DNA of 50,948 nucleotides from an uncultured Gammaproteobacteria bacterium (lineage in GTDB: Bacteria > Patescibacteriota > Microgenomatia > Levybacterales > UBA12049), in contig CAZBFH010000003.1 of NCBI GenBank assembly GCA_964491185.1, positions 1-50,948 on the forward strand, in the 5' to 3' direction. The notes beneath the pieces are model-generated. The model saw nothing but the letters and a program-made list of their open reading frames with translations. It had not been told where the DNA came from and did not search any database. This document shows positions 18,921 through 29,153 of the stretch, piece by piece (within the stretch, counting starts at the first letter, position 1; each line of letters starts with the position of its first letter). The position numbers were made by a program, and so were the translations under genes.

Positions 18921-20374
18921 AACTTTTCTCGCGTCTTGAAAAAAACGCATCCTTCTGGTTTCTTCTTATTATTTCTGTAGTTTTCTTTTTCCTAAGATGG
19001 CCCAGTCTTTTTGAACCATATTGGTACGGAGATGAAGGAATCTACCAAGCAGTCGGAATGCTTTTAAACAACGATCAGTCACTTTACTCTGGCGCTTGGG
19101 ACAATAAACCACCGCTTCTTTATGTCTTATATGCCGTATTTAATTCTGATCAATTTGCGTTAAGAATTTTATCGCTATTTTTTGGACTTTTTTCAGTATG
19201 GGCTTTCTATTTTATTGTAAAAAAACTACTACCTAAATCTAAATACGCTGCAATCACATCGACATCACTGTATGCTTTTGCATTTGGAACAAGACTAATA
19301 GAGGGAAATATTGCTAATGCAGAAAACTTTATGCTTTTTCCAATATTAGCCTCTGCTTATTTAATTGTATCCGCAGACAATATTAAAAAAGCTTGGCATT
19401 TCAAATCACATTTATTAGCAGGGTTATTGATGAGCCTTGCCTTCTTAACAAAAATTGTTGCAGTCTTTGATTTTACGGCCTTACTATTCTTCATTTTAAT
19501 TGATCATGAAAAGGACCTAAAAGATAAACTTAGAAACAGAGCCCTGCCTTTCATAATTGGACTCGGTCTTCCAGTAACTTCCGTATTGGGCTATTTTTTC
19601 CTTACAAATAATTTTAAAGACGCAATAAACGGATTTCTCTTTAGTAATGTGGGTTACGTCGGATATGGCAATGAATTCATAATTCCTCAGGGACTTTTGT
19701 ATATTAAAGCTGGACTACTTGCAACATTTTTAGGATTTGTTTTTTGGAAAAGAAAAAGAATTCCAAGAAATGTTTTATTCGCTTCTACTTGGTTCGCGTT
19801 TTCTCTTTTCAGTGCCTTTTTTGCACAACGTCCATATACTCACTATCTTATAATGCTCCTCCCGAGTTTTTGCTTAATGATGGGAACAATTATTGAAGAA
19901 AAGAGAGCGAGAATAGCATTAGCAATATTTTTAATCGCAGGGTATCTAGCGATAATTAATACATTTAATTTAAAAGGTAAAATTATTCAGCATTATACAA
20001 ATCTGATTGCTTTTTGTAGCGATAAAAAAGATGTCTCCTCTTATCAATCTTTTTTTGATGGAAATACGCCGAGAGATTATGACCTTGCAAGATATATTAA
20101 AGCAAATACTACAAAACACGAAGAAATTTTTCTCTGGGGCAATAATGCGCAGGTATATAAGCTTGCAGAAAAAACTCCAATCATGCGCTATACTGTCGCA
20201 TATCATATCACCAATTATCCAACGGGATTATCCGAAATGGAAAATGCTTTAAGAACTAAACAACCAAAACTTATTATTATTATGCCAAATGTCCCAGAGT
20301 TCCCAATGAAGCTTATTAACTATGAAGAAAAAATTGATATTAGAGGAGTAAAAATTTATGAAAAAGTATTTTAA
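18917..20374 (+). CDS. GT-C fold glycosyltransferase, family 39/83-like (PMT_2 / ArnT-like)
   Basis: 485 aa. The first extracytoplasmic loop carries YWYGDEGIY (the DE motif). About 10-11 TM helices are followed by a C-terminal soluble domain. It overlaps the upstream GT2 gene by 4 nt. Confidence 0.7.
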   Translation: MKLFSRLEKNASFWFLLIISVVFFFLRWPSLFEPYWYGDEGIYQAVGMLLNNDQSLYSGAWDNKPPLLYVLYAVFNSDQFALRILSLFFGLFSVWAFYFIVKKLLPKSKYAAITSTSLYAFAFGTRLIEGNIANAENFMLFPILASAYLIVSADNIKKAWHFKSHLLAGLLMSLAFLTKIVAVFDFTALLFFILIDHEKDLKDKLRNRALPFIIGLGLPVTSVLGYFFLTNNFKDAINGFLFSNVGYVGYGNEFIIPQGLLYIKAGLLATFLGFVFWKRKRIPRNVLFASTWFAFSLFSAFFAQRPYTHYLIMLLPSFCLMMGTIIEEKRARIALAIFLIAGYLAIINTFNLKGKIIQHYTNLIAFCSDKKDVSSYQSFFDGNTPRDYDLARYIKANTTKHEEIFLWGNNAQVYKLAEKTPIMRYTVAYHITNYPTGLSEMENALRTKQPKLIIIMPNVPEFPMKLINYEEKIDIRGVKIYEKVF

Positions 20375-20711
20375 TTCTTTAAAAAAAGATCGTTTAATTT
20401 TTAGACTTTATATTGCAACATTTATTTTAATTTCTATTACTGTAGTTTATATTTTCCTAAGCTTAAGCAAACTCCCTCCATTAATTCCTATTTTTAATCA
20501 AATGCCTTGGGGAGAAGAAAGATTAAGCTCTACATTAGGAATTTTTATTCCGTCTATTATCACCTCTGCCATATTTTTCGTAAACATAATTTTATCAGCA
20601 GCTAGCTATTCTGCATCTCCTCTAATTTCTAGGCTTATCGCAATTACAAGTTTCCTGACTTCTCTTTTAACTTTTCTTTTTGTCGTTCGCACAATTCAAT
20701 TAATAATATAA
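20358..20711 (+). CDS. small 3-4 TM membrane protein, unknown function
   Basis: 117 aa and hydrophobic throughout. It overlaps the upstream gene by 17 nt and abuts the downstream gene. Confidence 0.45.
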   Translation: MKKYFNSLKKDRLIFRLYIATFILISITVVYIFLSLSKLPPLIPIFNQMPWGEERLSSTLGIFIPSIITSAIFFVNIILSAASYSASPLISRLIAITSFLTSLLTFLFVVRTIQLII

Positions 20712-21799
20712 TGGAGAATGTTTTAAATAATTTAATTTTCTTGCCTTTCTTAGTCGCATTTCTTTCAACTGCCGCTATCACTCCAGTTTCAATAATAATT
20801 TTAAAAAAATTAAAAATAGTTGATGATCCAAAAGTCAGAAAACACCCGGCAGTAATTCATACAAAGCCAATTCCGAGAGGTGGTGGAATTCCGCTTTTTC
20901 TAGGAGCTCTCGTTGCAGGATTTATCTTTTTACCAATTAATCAAATTACTATCGCAATTTATCTTGCGGCATCTATCTCTCTTCTAGTAGGAGCACTCGA
21001 TGACAAATTTGATATTTCACCATATGTAAGATTTATTGTTAACATACTCTGCGCTGTAATCGTAGTCGCCTCAGGAGTTAGCGTAAATTTTATAACTAAT
21101 CCATTGGGTGGAATCCTTTATCTTAATGAGCTTCGTCTACCAATTGAATTATTGGGATTTGGAATGGTTATTACACTGTCTCATGTAGTTGCGGTTTTAT
21201 GGATTGTTTGGGTCATGAACATGCTTAATTGGAGCAAGGGAGTGGATGGACAAATGCCAGGAATTGTTGCAATATCAGCAATATTTATCGGAATTCTTAG
21301 CCTAAGATTTGGCACTGGAGATAACCTAACACAAACCACCACTTCACTTTCATTCATAATTTCAGGAACAGCAATCGGATTTTTAATTTACAACTTTCAT
21401 CCCGCAAGAATATTTCCCGGATACGGAGCAACAGCAATCTATCTTCTCCTGGCTGTTGTTTCAATTCTTTCAAGCGCGAAACTCGCAACGGCAATTCTAG
21501 TAATGGGTGTTCCCTTGGCTGACGGCGCATTCACAATCGGTAGAAGAATTTTAACTGGACATTCTCCCTTCTGGCATGACAAGAAACATCTCCACCATCT
21601 TCTTCTCTCATCAGGACTAGGTCAGCGTCGTATCGCGTTGTTTTACTGGACAATTTCTGCTATATTTGGTTCACTTTCCCTAGTTCTTTCAAGTCGAGGT
21701 AAAATTTTTGCCATCATAATGCTTGTTATTATCGTAGGAGGAACGCTGCTATTTTTAAATTATTTAATTAGAAAAAAAAATGGGACGCAAAGCATATAA
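20711..21799 (+). CDS. polyprenyl-phosphate HexNAc-1-phosphate transferase (glycosyltransferase family 4, WecA/TagO/MraY superfamily)
   Basis: 362 aa. Motifs are KPIPRGGGI, DDKFDISPY, NMLNWSKGVDGQ (the N..N..DG.DG motif) and HDKKHLHHLLL. The KPIPRGGG form points to the WecA type rather than MraY. Confidence 0.8.
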   Translation: MENVLNNLIFLPFLVAFLSTAAITPVSIIILKKLKIVDDPKVRKHPAVIHTKPIPRGGGIPLFLGALVAGFIFLPINQITIAIYLAASISLLVGALDDKFDISPYVRFIVNILCAVIVVASGVSVNFITNPLGGILYLNELRLPIELLGFGMVITLSHVVAVLWIVWVMNMLNWSKGVDGQMPGIVAISAIFIGILSLRFGTGDNLTQTTTSLSFIISGTAIGFLIYNFHPARIFPGYGATAIYLLLAVVSILSSAKLATAILVMGVPLADGAFTIGRRILTGHSPFWHDKKHLHHLLLSSGLGQRRIALFYWTISAIFGSLSLVLSSRGKIFAIIMLVIIVGGTLLFLNYLIRKKNGTQSI

Positions 21800-22727
21800 T
21801 ATTTTAAGATTACTCAGGCCTCGTCAGTGGGTTAAAAATTTTGCTATTTTTGCCGCTGTAACTTTTACAGGAGAACTATTTAATTTAAATGCAGTATTTC
21901 CAGTAATAGTCGGATTCTTTATTTTCTGCGCAGTTTCTTCAGCAACCTATATCATAAATGATATTTTTGATATTAAAAATGACAAAATGCATCCCTTCAA
22001 AAGATTTAGGCCACTTGCACATGGAGATGTGGATGTAAAATTTGCCGGTGTCCTGGCGGCATTATTAATCGTCTCCTCCCTAACACTTTCAATAATGGTA
22101 AATCCAACATTCTTCCTATTTATAATAGTATATCTACTCCTCCAGGTTCTTTACTCTAGCGTTCTAAAAACAATTACAGTGATCGATATTTTGGCAATTG
22201 CTGCAGGATATATCCTTAGAGTTTTAGGAGGAGAATTTGCAAGCGGATTTCACATTTCAGTTTGGCTTCTCCTTACGACAATTTCAATCTCACTCTTCTT
22301 AGCTATTGGAAAAAGAAGATCGGAGCTTACTCTATTAGCATCAAGTAAGATTGATAATTTATCAGCAACTAGAAAAACTTTATCGCATTATTCAGAGAGA
22401 CTGCTTGACGTTTATGCATCTATTTTTGCGACCAGTACTTTTATCGCATATTCTTTATTTACATTTTTAGAAAATCCTGAAGGAATTCATCTTCCATTAG
22501 GAGGGATTTTTCTTGAAGATATTTTGCCAAGTTTTTTTCAGAGAAAATGGTTAATGCTTACAATTATTCCTGTTGTTTATGGATTGATGCGCTATCTTCA
22601 AGATATTTATGAAAAACATGAAGGAGAAAGTCCTGAAAAAGTTTTATTCTCTGATAAGCCACTTCTTATAACTGTTACCATATGGGTTCTAATGGTGGTA
22701 TTTATTATCTACTTCATTGGTCCTTAA
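21780..22727 (+). CDS. UbiA-family prenyltransferase resembling decaprenyl-phosphate phosphoribosyltransferase
   Basis: 315 aa. Motifs are LRPRQWVKNF, YIINDIFDIKNDKMHP (the first Asp-rich motif) and a second motif region around GKRRSE. It has about 8-9 TM helices. Confidence 0.7.
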   Translation: MGRKAYNILRLLRPRQWVKNFAIFAAVTFTGELFNLNAVFPVIVGFFIFCAVSSATYIINDIFDIKNDKMHPFKRFRPLAHGDVDVKFAGVLAALLIVSSLTLSIMVNPTFFLFIIVYLLLQVLYSSVLKTITVIDILAIAAGYILRVLGGEFASGFHISVWLLLTTISISLFLAIGKRRSELTLLASSKIDNLSATRKTLSHYSERLLDVYASIFATSTFIAYSLFTFLENPEGIHLPLGGIFLEDILPSFFQRKWLMLTIIPVVYGLMRYLQDIYEKHEGESPEKVLFSDKPLLITVTIWVLMVVFIIYFIGP

Positions 22728-23548
22728 TCTTTTGAAGCGTAAGTTGCACTAACCCATCCAGTTTTCCCATCCTTAAGTCTCACCTGATACCATCCCGCTT
22801 CTTCGCTCATCAGATCTACTTTATCTCCAGGTGAAAGTGTACCAATCAGGCTTGATCCAATAGAATTTTCAGATCTAACATTTAATTCTCCAGTCGGAGT
22901 TTCTAAAATTGTAACCTGTGGAGCTGTAACTGCGGATGCGCTTGCCCTCTCCTGAACCTCTTTTGCATCCAGTTTTATCCCAAGACTCATAGTCACTTCA
23001 AGTCTTTTTCCTAAGACACCTTTTACCTTTATGACTTTCTCTTTATACCCATCTTTGAGAAGTTTTATCTCATGATCTGATGCCGTTAGATTAATCAAAT
23101 ATGGAGTTTCCCCAACTGGATTACTGTCCAAAACCACTCGAGCTTTACTGGGAAATGAAACTACCATAAGTTCTGCAATATTTTCATCGTCGATTGGTGA
23201 AAGAGTAATCATACTTCCAGTAGATACAGATACATCTTTATCATATGTTCTATCAACCACGGTTAAAACTCCCTTATAAAGAATGATTTTTTGTTCAAAA
23301 TTTTTATAACCTGATTCAACTGGAACCAACTTAATAGTATACTCTCCAACCTTTAAAAGATCTTTTAACTCACAAAGACAAAGCGGAGTTTTACCAACAT
23401 AAGCGCCATCTAAAAACACCTGACTTTCAGGAACTGAAGTAACCTGGAGCGCTCCTTTCCCACCATCTCTATTTATCACTAAAACTATTAAGAGGAAGAG
23501 GATTGTAAGGATTAAAAGAGGAGTAGTAAAGAGAATTAACTTTCGCAT
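22724..23548 (-). CDS. membrane-anchored protein with two PEGA-like domains and a C-terminal bacterial SH3 domain
   Basis: 274 aa with an N-terminal TM helix. The two PEGA-like repeats are VTSVPESQVFLDGAYVGKTP and VVSFPSKARVVLDSNPVGETP. The C-terminus GWYQVRLKDGKTGWVSATY is SH3b-like. Confidence 0.65.
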   Translation of the reverse strand: MRKLILFTTPLLILTILFLLIVLVINRDGGKGALQVTSVPESQVFLDGAYVGKTPLCLCELKDLLKVGEYTIKLVPVESGYKNFEQKIILYKGVLTVVDRTYDKDVSVSTGSMITLSPIDDENIAELMVVSFPSKARVVLDSNPVGETPYLINLTASDHEIKLLKDGYKEKVIKVKGVLGKRLEVTMSLGIKLDAKEVQERASASAVTAPQVTILETPTGELNVRSENSIGSSLIGTLSPGDKVDLMSEEAGWYQVRLKDGKTGWVSATYASKD

Positions 23549-23600
23549 ATAGAAATTAAATATAACACAGCACAGGTTGATAGAAAAGTAAAATTGATTA

Positions 23601-23628
23601 TTGACTTATACTTTTTGCAAACTATAAT
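23601..23628 (+). promoter_or_regulatory. sigma70-like promoter upstream of pyrF
   Basis: TTGACT (23601-23606), a 16-nt spacer, then TATAAT (23623-23628). The element ends 18 nt before the pyrF ATG. Confidence 0.55.
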
Positions 23629-23646
23629 GTTTTTATTAAACACTAT

Positions 23647-24498
23647 ATGGCGAAAAAACTATCCACTTCTAAATTCGTCAAAAAACTAGAAAATAAATGG
23701 AATGAAAATAAGTTTGTCTGCGTTGGACTCGACCCCGTAAAAGAAAAACTTCCTACCAGTATTACCAAAAAATATAAAGCAATCGATGAACAATATTTTC
23801 AGTTTAATAAAGCATTAATTGACTCAACTCATGACTTGGTAGCAGCATACAAACCTCAAATTGCACATTACGAAGAACAAGGACTTGAAGGTTGGATTGC
23901 ACTAGAAAAAACTATTAATTATCTTCATAAAAAATATCCAGATATTCCTACAATTATTGATGCGAAAAGAGCCGATATTGGTAGCACAAATGATTCATAT
24001 GCAAAGGCATTTTTTGATAAATTAGGTTTTGATGCCATAACAGTTAATCCATATTTTGGAAAAGAAGCCTTAAAAAGTTTCTTAGATTATAAAGACCATG
24101 GAATAATAATTCTGGTAAGAACTTCAAATCCAGGGGCATGGGAATTTCAAGATATTAAAAATCAAAAAGGTGTACCTCTATATATGATAATTGCAAAAAA
24201 CGTTTCTAAAAATTGGAACACTAATGGAAACTGCGCAATTGTGGTAGGCGCGACATATCCAAAAGAATTAGCAAGTATTAGAAAAGCAGTTGGCGATATA
24301 CCAATACTAATTCCAGGAATTGGAGCGCAAGGTGGAGATATAGAAAAAACGGTAAAAGCTGGAAAAAATTCTAAAAACCAAGGGATGATAATTCATTCTT
24401 CCCGTGCTATTATATTTGCGAGCAGTGAGACAGATTTTGCTCAGGTAGCAAGACAAAAAACAATTGAATTAAACGAGGAAATTATTAAATATTTATGA
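23647..24498 (+). CDS. pyrF: orotidine 5'-phosphate decarboxylase (type 2, long form)
   Basis: 283 aa. It has VGLDP near the N-terminus, DAKRADIGST, and the C-terminal PGIGAQGG. Confidence 0.9.
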   Translation: MAKKLSTSKFVKKLENKWNENKFVCVGLDPVKEKLPTSITKKYKAIDEQYFQFNKALIDSTHDLVAAYKPQIAHYEEQGLEGWIALEKTINYLHKKYPDIPTIIDAKRADIGSTNDSYAKAFFDKLGFDAITVNPYFGKEALKSFLDYKDHGIIILVRTSNPGAWEFQDIKNQKGVPLYMIIAKNVSKNWNTNGNCAIVVGATYPKELASIRKAVGDIPILIPGIGAQGGDIEKTVKAGKNSKNQGMIIHSSRAIIFASSETDFAQVARQKTIELNEEIIKYL

Positions 24499-25130
24499 AA
24501 AGAGAAGAAAAAGTTAAAAAGATTCTAGCTAAAGTAAATGCAGTCTTAACAGATGGACATTTCGTTTATGTTTCTGCAAAACACGGAGATAAATATATTA
24601 ATAAAGATGCCATATATCCTCACACCAAATTAGTTAGAGAGCTCGCAAAAATGTGGGCAGAGGACTTTAAGAAATCAGGAGTAGAAGTAGTAGTAGGACC
24701 TGCAATGGGAGGAGTAATTCTCTCACATGACGCTGCGGATGAACTTTCAAAACTTCTTAAAAAAGATATTCCTGGAGTTTATGCAGAAAAAGATGGAGAA
24801 GGTGGATTCACCTTCACAAGAGGATATGATGCATTTGTAAAAGGAAAAAAAGTTTTAGTTGTTGAAGATATTTTAACAACAGGCGGAAGTGTAAAAAAAG
24901 TAATTCAAATGACAAAAAAAGCTGGCGGAAAAGTTATAGGACTAGGAGTAATAGCAAACAGAGGAAATGTAAAAGCTAGAGATGTGGGAGTAAAGAAAAT
25001 AAATGCGTTAATTAATTTAGAATTTAATGCAATGGAACCAAAAGATTGTACTCTTTGTAAAAATAAAATCCCCGTAAACACAAATGTTGGTAAAGGCAAA
25101 CTTTTCCTCGCAGGTAAAAAAATCCAATAA
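24495..25130 (+). CDS. pyrE: orotate phosphoribosyltransferase
   Basis: 211 aa. It carries the PRPP-binding motif VLVVEDILTTGGS and overlaps pyrF by 4 nt. Confidence 0.85.
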   Translation: MKREEKVKKILAKVNAVLTDGHFVYVSAKHGDKYINKDAIYPHTKLVRELAKMWAEDFKKSGVEVVVGPAMGGVILSHDAADELSKLLKKDIPGVYAEKDGEGGFTFTRGYDAFVKGKKVLVVEDILTTGGSVKKVIQMTKKAGGKVIGLGVIANRGNVKARDVGVKKINALINLEFNAMEPKDCTLCKNKIPVNTNVGKGKLFLAGKKIQ

Positions 25131-25189
25131 AACCTCATTTGATATAATCAAATTATGAAACCACTCAAATAGCAAATATTTTAGGTTTT

Positions 25190-25417
25190 GTGGCAGCGGG
25201 AATTGGAGTCGTGATGTTCGTTCCCCAAGCATATAGAGTTTATAAAACAAAAAACACTAAAAGCATTTCACTTCTCACTTTTATTTTATCAATTGGAACT
25301 TCAGTATGTTGGATAGTTTATGCACTTCTTTTGTCAGCTGCACCAATCTTATTTGTAAATTCTGTAGTAACAGCATTAAGTCTTTATATCGTAGCGATGA
25401 AATTAAAATATAAATAA
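25190..25417 (+). CDS. SemiSWEET / PQ-loop family sugar transporter (3-TM)
   Basis: 75 aa from a GTG start. It has a VPQ motif in TM1 followed by a basic loop (FVPQAYRVYKTKNTKSIS) and two more TM helices. The 5' end is uncertain; see the finding for 25148-25417. Confidence 0.65.
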   Translation: MAAGIGVVMFVPQAYRVYKTKNTKSISLLTFILSIGTSVCWIVYALLLSAAPILFVNSVVTALSLYIVAMKLKYK

Positions 25418-25422
25418 TCTAC

Positions 25423-27361
<1,939 letters not shown>

Positions 27362-27374
27362 AAATAAAAATAAA

Positions 27375-27401
27375 ATATCAGTCAGATATTTTGTCTGCTA
27401 A
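27375..27401 (-). promoter_or_regulatory. degenerate CIRCE-like operator upstream of groES
   Basis: The + strand reads ATATCAGTC-AGATATTTT-GTCTGCTAA. The GTCTGCTAA half-site is identical to the one upstream of hrcA. The other half matches 6 of 9 positions of the expected complement. Confidence 0.6.
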
Positions 27402-27430
27402 TTTATACAATAAAATTTTTGGTCTGTCAA
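27402..27430 (-). promoter_or_regulatory. sigma70-like promoter of groES-groEL
   Basis: The minus strand reads TTGACA (27430-27425), a 17-nt spacer, then TATAAA (27407-27402). The CIRCE-like element follows directly. Confidence 0.7.
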
Positions 27431-27511
27431 TACCCTCATGGTACTAAAAATCTTATTTTAGCCTCCTCAGGGTTGACACATAATTCATTATTGATATACG
27501 ATTAAACTACC

Positions 27512-28690
27512 TTGCCAAGTATAGGTCTAAGTAAACCAACATTCTCAAAAAAGAAACTCCTTTTACTAGGATTTTTACTAGTGGTACTTCTTGTAATTCC
27601 AGTTACAGTATTTTTAGTCCAGCAACAGCAAAACCTCCAGAGTAATGCAAATCCTAATACCACTCTTTCTTTTGTACCTCCAGACAAAACAGCATCAGTG
27701 GGAGAAAAGGTAGATTTTGATGTTTGGATTTCTCCCGGAAATAACCAGGTTAATTTCGTAAAGCTTGTTATAAAATTTGATGCGTTAAAACTCTCCACTC
27801 AGAAAGATTATTTCGTATTAAATCCAGCTTCAAATTTATCAATCATTGAAGGACCGATAGTTGGTGCTGACGGAGATACGATTTCAGTAATTCTTTCGGT
27901 AGAAAACGATCCAACTAAAGTAATTAGGGCAGATACTAAAATTGGAACAATTAGTTTTGATACCTTAGATGTTTCTGATGTTCCAACACAGATTTCGTTC
28001 GATAATCAGCAGGTTCAAATTCGCTCAATTAATGGAGCCAATCAAGATGCATTTAACGAAAATGTGTTCCTAAATGGAACTCCTGCTAATCTTACAATTC
28101 AAGAAGGCGCAGACGTAACACCCGATCCAAGTGTCACTCTCACTCCTACAGTAACTGGTGCATTAACTCCAACCATTACTGCAGCAGCAACATTCACCCC
28201 AAATCCAACTTCTACCAATTCAGGCGAAGGCGCTGCGCCTTCCACTAACCAAGCTCCAGTTTGCGAAAGTCTTATAACTGATAGAAGCACTGATGGAACA
28301 GCACCTTTGTCTATAACTTTCACAGCTACAGGAAATGACACTGATGGAACAATAAGCAAAGTTTCGTTTAGCTTTGGAGACGGAACAGTTGAGGATGTAA
28401 CTACAGGCGGAGGAATTGGAACAGATACAGTAAATGTTCAGAAATCCTTTACATACAATAATGCGAATAGCTTTACTGCCTCAGCTCTTATGACAGATGA
28501 TAATGGGGGCGTAAGTAGCGACAGTACCTCTTGCGCAGTGACAGTTACCGTATCAGATGGAGACGGATCAACAGTTGACAGTGGCGGAGCTACAGTAGCA
28601 CCAACTGGACCTACGGAAACGATCTTTGGAATCGGTGCAATTGGTGGAATATTATTCTTAGTTGGAGCTCTCTTCTTCTTCGCTCTATAA
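27512..28690 (+). CDS. secreted/anchored surface protein: cohesin-like N-domain, T/P/S-rich linker, PKD-like domain, C-terminal hydrophobic anchor
   Basis: 392 aa with a TTG start and a signal/TM helix. VGEKVDFDVWIS...VNFVKLVIKFD resembles cohesin-type beta-sandwiches. ITFTATGNDTDGTISKVSFSFGDGT is a PKD-domain signature. The C-terminus is VAPTGPTE followed by a 20-aa hydrophobic helix. Confidence 0.6.
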   Translation: MPSIGLSKPTFSKKKLLLLGFLLVVLLVIPVTVFLVQQQQNLQSNANPNTTLSFVPPDKTASVGEKVDFDVWISPGNNQVNFVKLVIKFDALKLSTQKDYFVLNPASNLSIIEGPIVGADGDTISVILSVENDPTKVIRADTKIGTISFDTLDVSDVPTQISFDNQQVQIRSINGANQDAFNENVFLNGTPANLTIQEGADVTPDPSVTLTPTVTGALTPTITAAATFTPNPTSTNSGEGAAPSTNQAPVCESLITDRSTDGTAPLSITFTATGNDTDGTISKVSFSFGDGTVEDVTTGGGIGTDTVNVQKSFTYNNANSFTASALMTDDNGGVSSDSTSCAVTVTVSDGDGSTVDSGGATVAPTGPTETIFGIGAIGGILFLVGALFFFAL

Positions 28691-28699
28691 TTCTAGCCT

Positions 28700-28718
28700 C
28701 GCAAGGCCAGGCCTTGCG
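28700..28718 (+). terminator. GC-rich perfect hairpin downstream of the surface-protein gene
   Basis: The sequence is CGCAAGGCC-A-GGCCTTGCG, 9-bp perfect arms starting 10 nt after the stop. No T-run follows, so function as an intrinsic terminator is uncertain. Confidence 0.4.
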
Positions 28719-28810
28719 TGGGTAAAGTAATATAGGATTGCTTACAAAAAATTATTTTAAACAGGGAAAAAGACTTTTCTCTTGAAGCAAATAATTAAAT
28801 TTAACCTAAT

Positions 28811-29080
28811 TTAAATCACTAGGGATAAGACAAATGCGAATAATAAAATCATCGCTAAAAATATAATTAGTACACCTGTGAGGACAGTGCCGTAATACTG
28901 GGTTTTATAAAAAAAGGAAAATTTATATAGTCGCATTCCATAGAAGGGCTTATTAAGATTAACTATTCTATGGCTGAATTTAGAAATCTCCTTACGCTTA
29001 TATAGAGTTATTATCCCTGTGACTAACAAAACCATACCAGGTATTAAAAGTCGGATACTTATCAAGTAATAATCATTCAT
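28811..29080 (-). CDS. small membrane protein, unknown function
   Basis: 89 aa with two to three hydrophobic helices. It is the only ORF occupying this gap. Confidence 0.35.
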   Translation of the reverse strand: MNDYYLISIRLLIPGMVLLVTGIITLYKRKEISKFSHRIVNLNKPFYGMRLYKFSFFYKTQYYGTVLTGVLIIFLAMILLFAFVLSLVI

Positions 29081-29153
29081 TAAACTTTACCTATATTTAA
29101 TTTGTCCCTAATTTTATTAAGACGCAATATCTTCTGTAGCTATAACGAGATGA

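Noticed and set aside
27502-28359. Minus-strand ORFs 27502-27798 and 28099-28359 lie opposite the cohesin/PKD surface-protein gene.
   Set aside because: The plus-strand frame carries a signal peptide, a PKD signature and a C-terminal anchor. The antisense frames stay open only because of the biased T/P/S/G codon composition.
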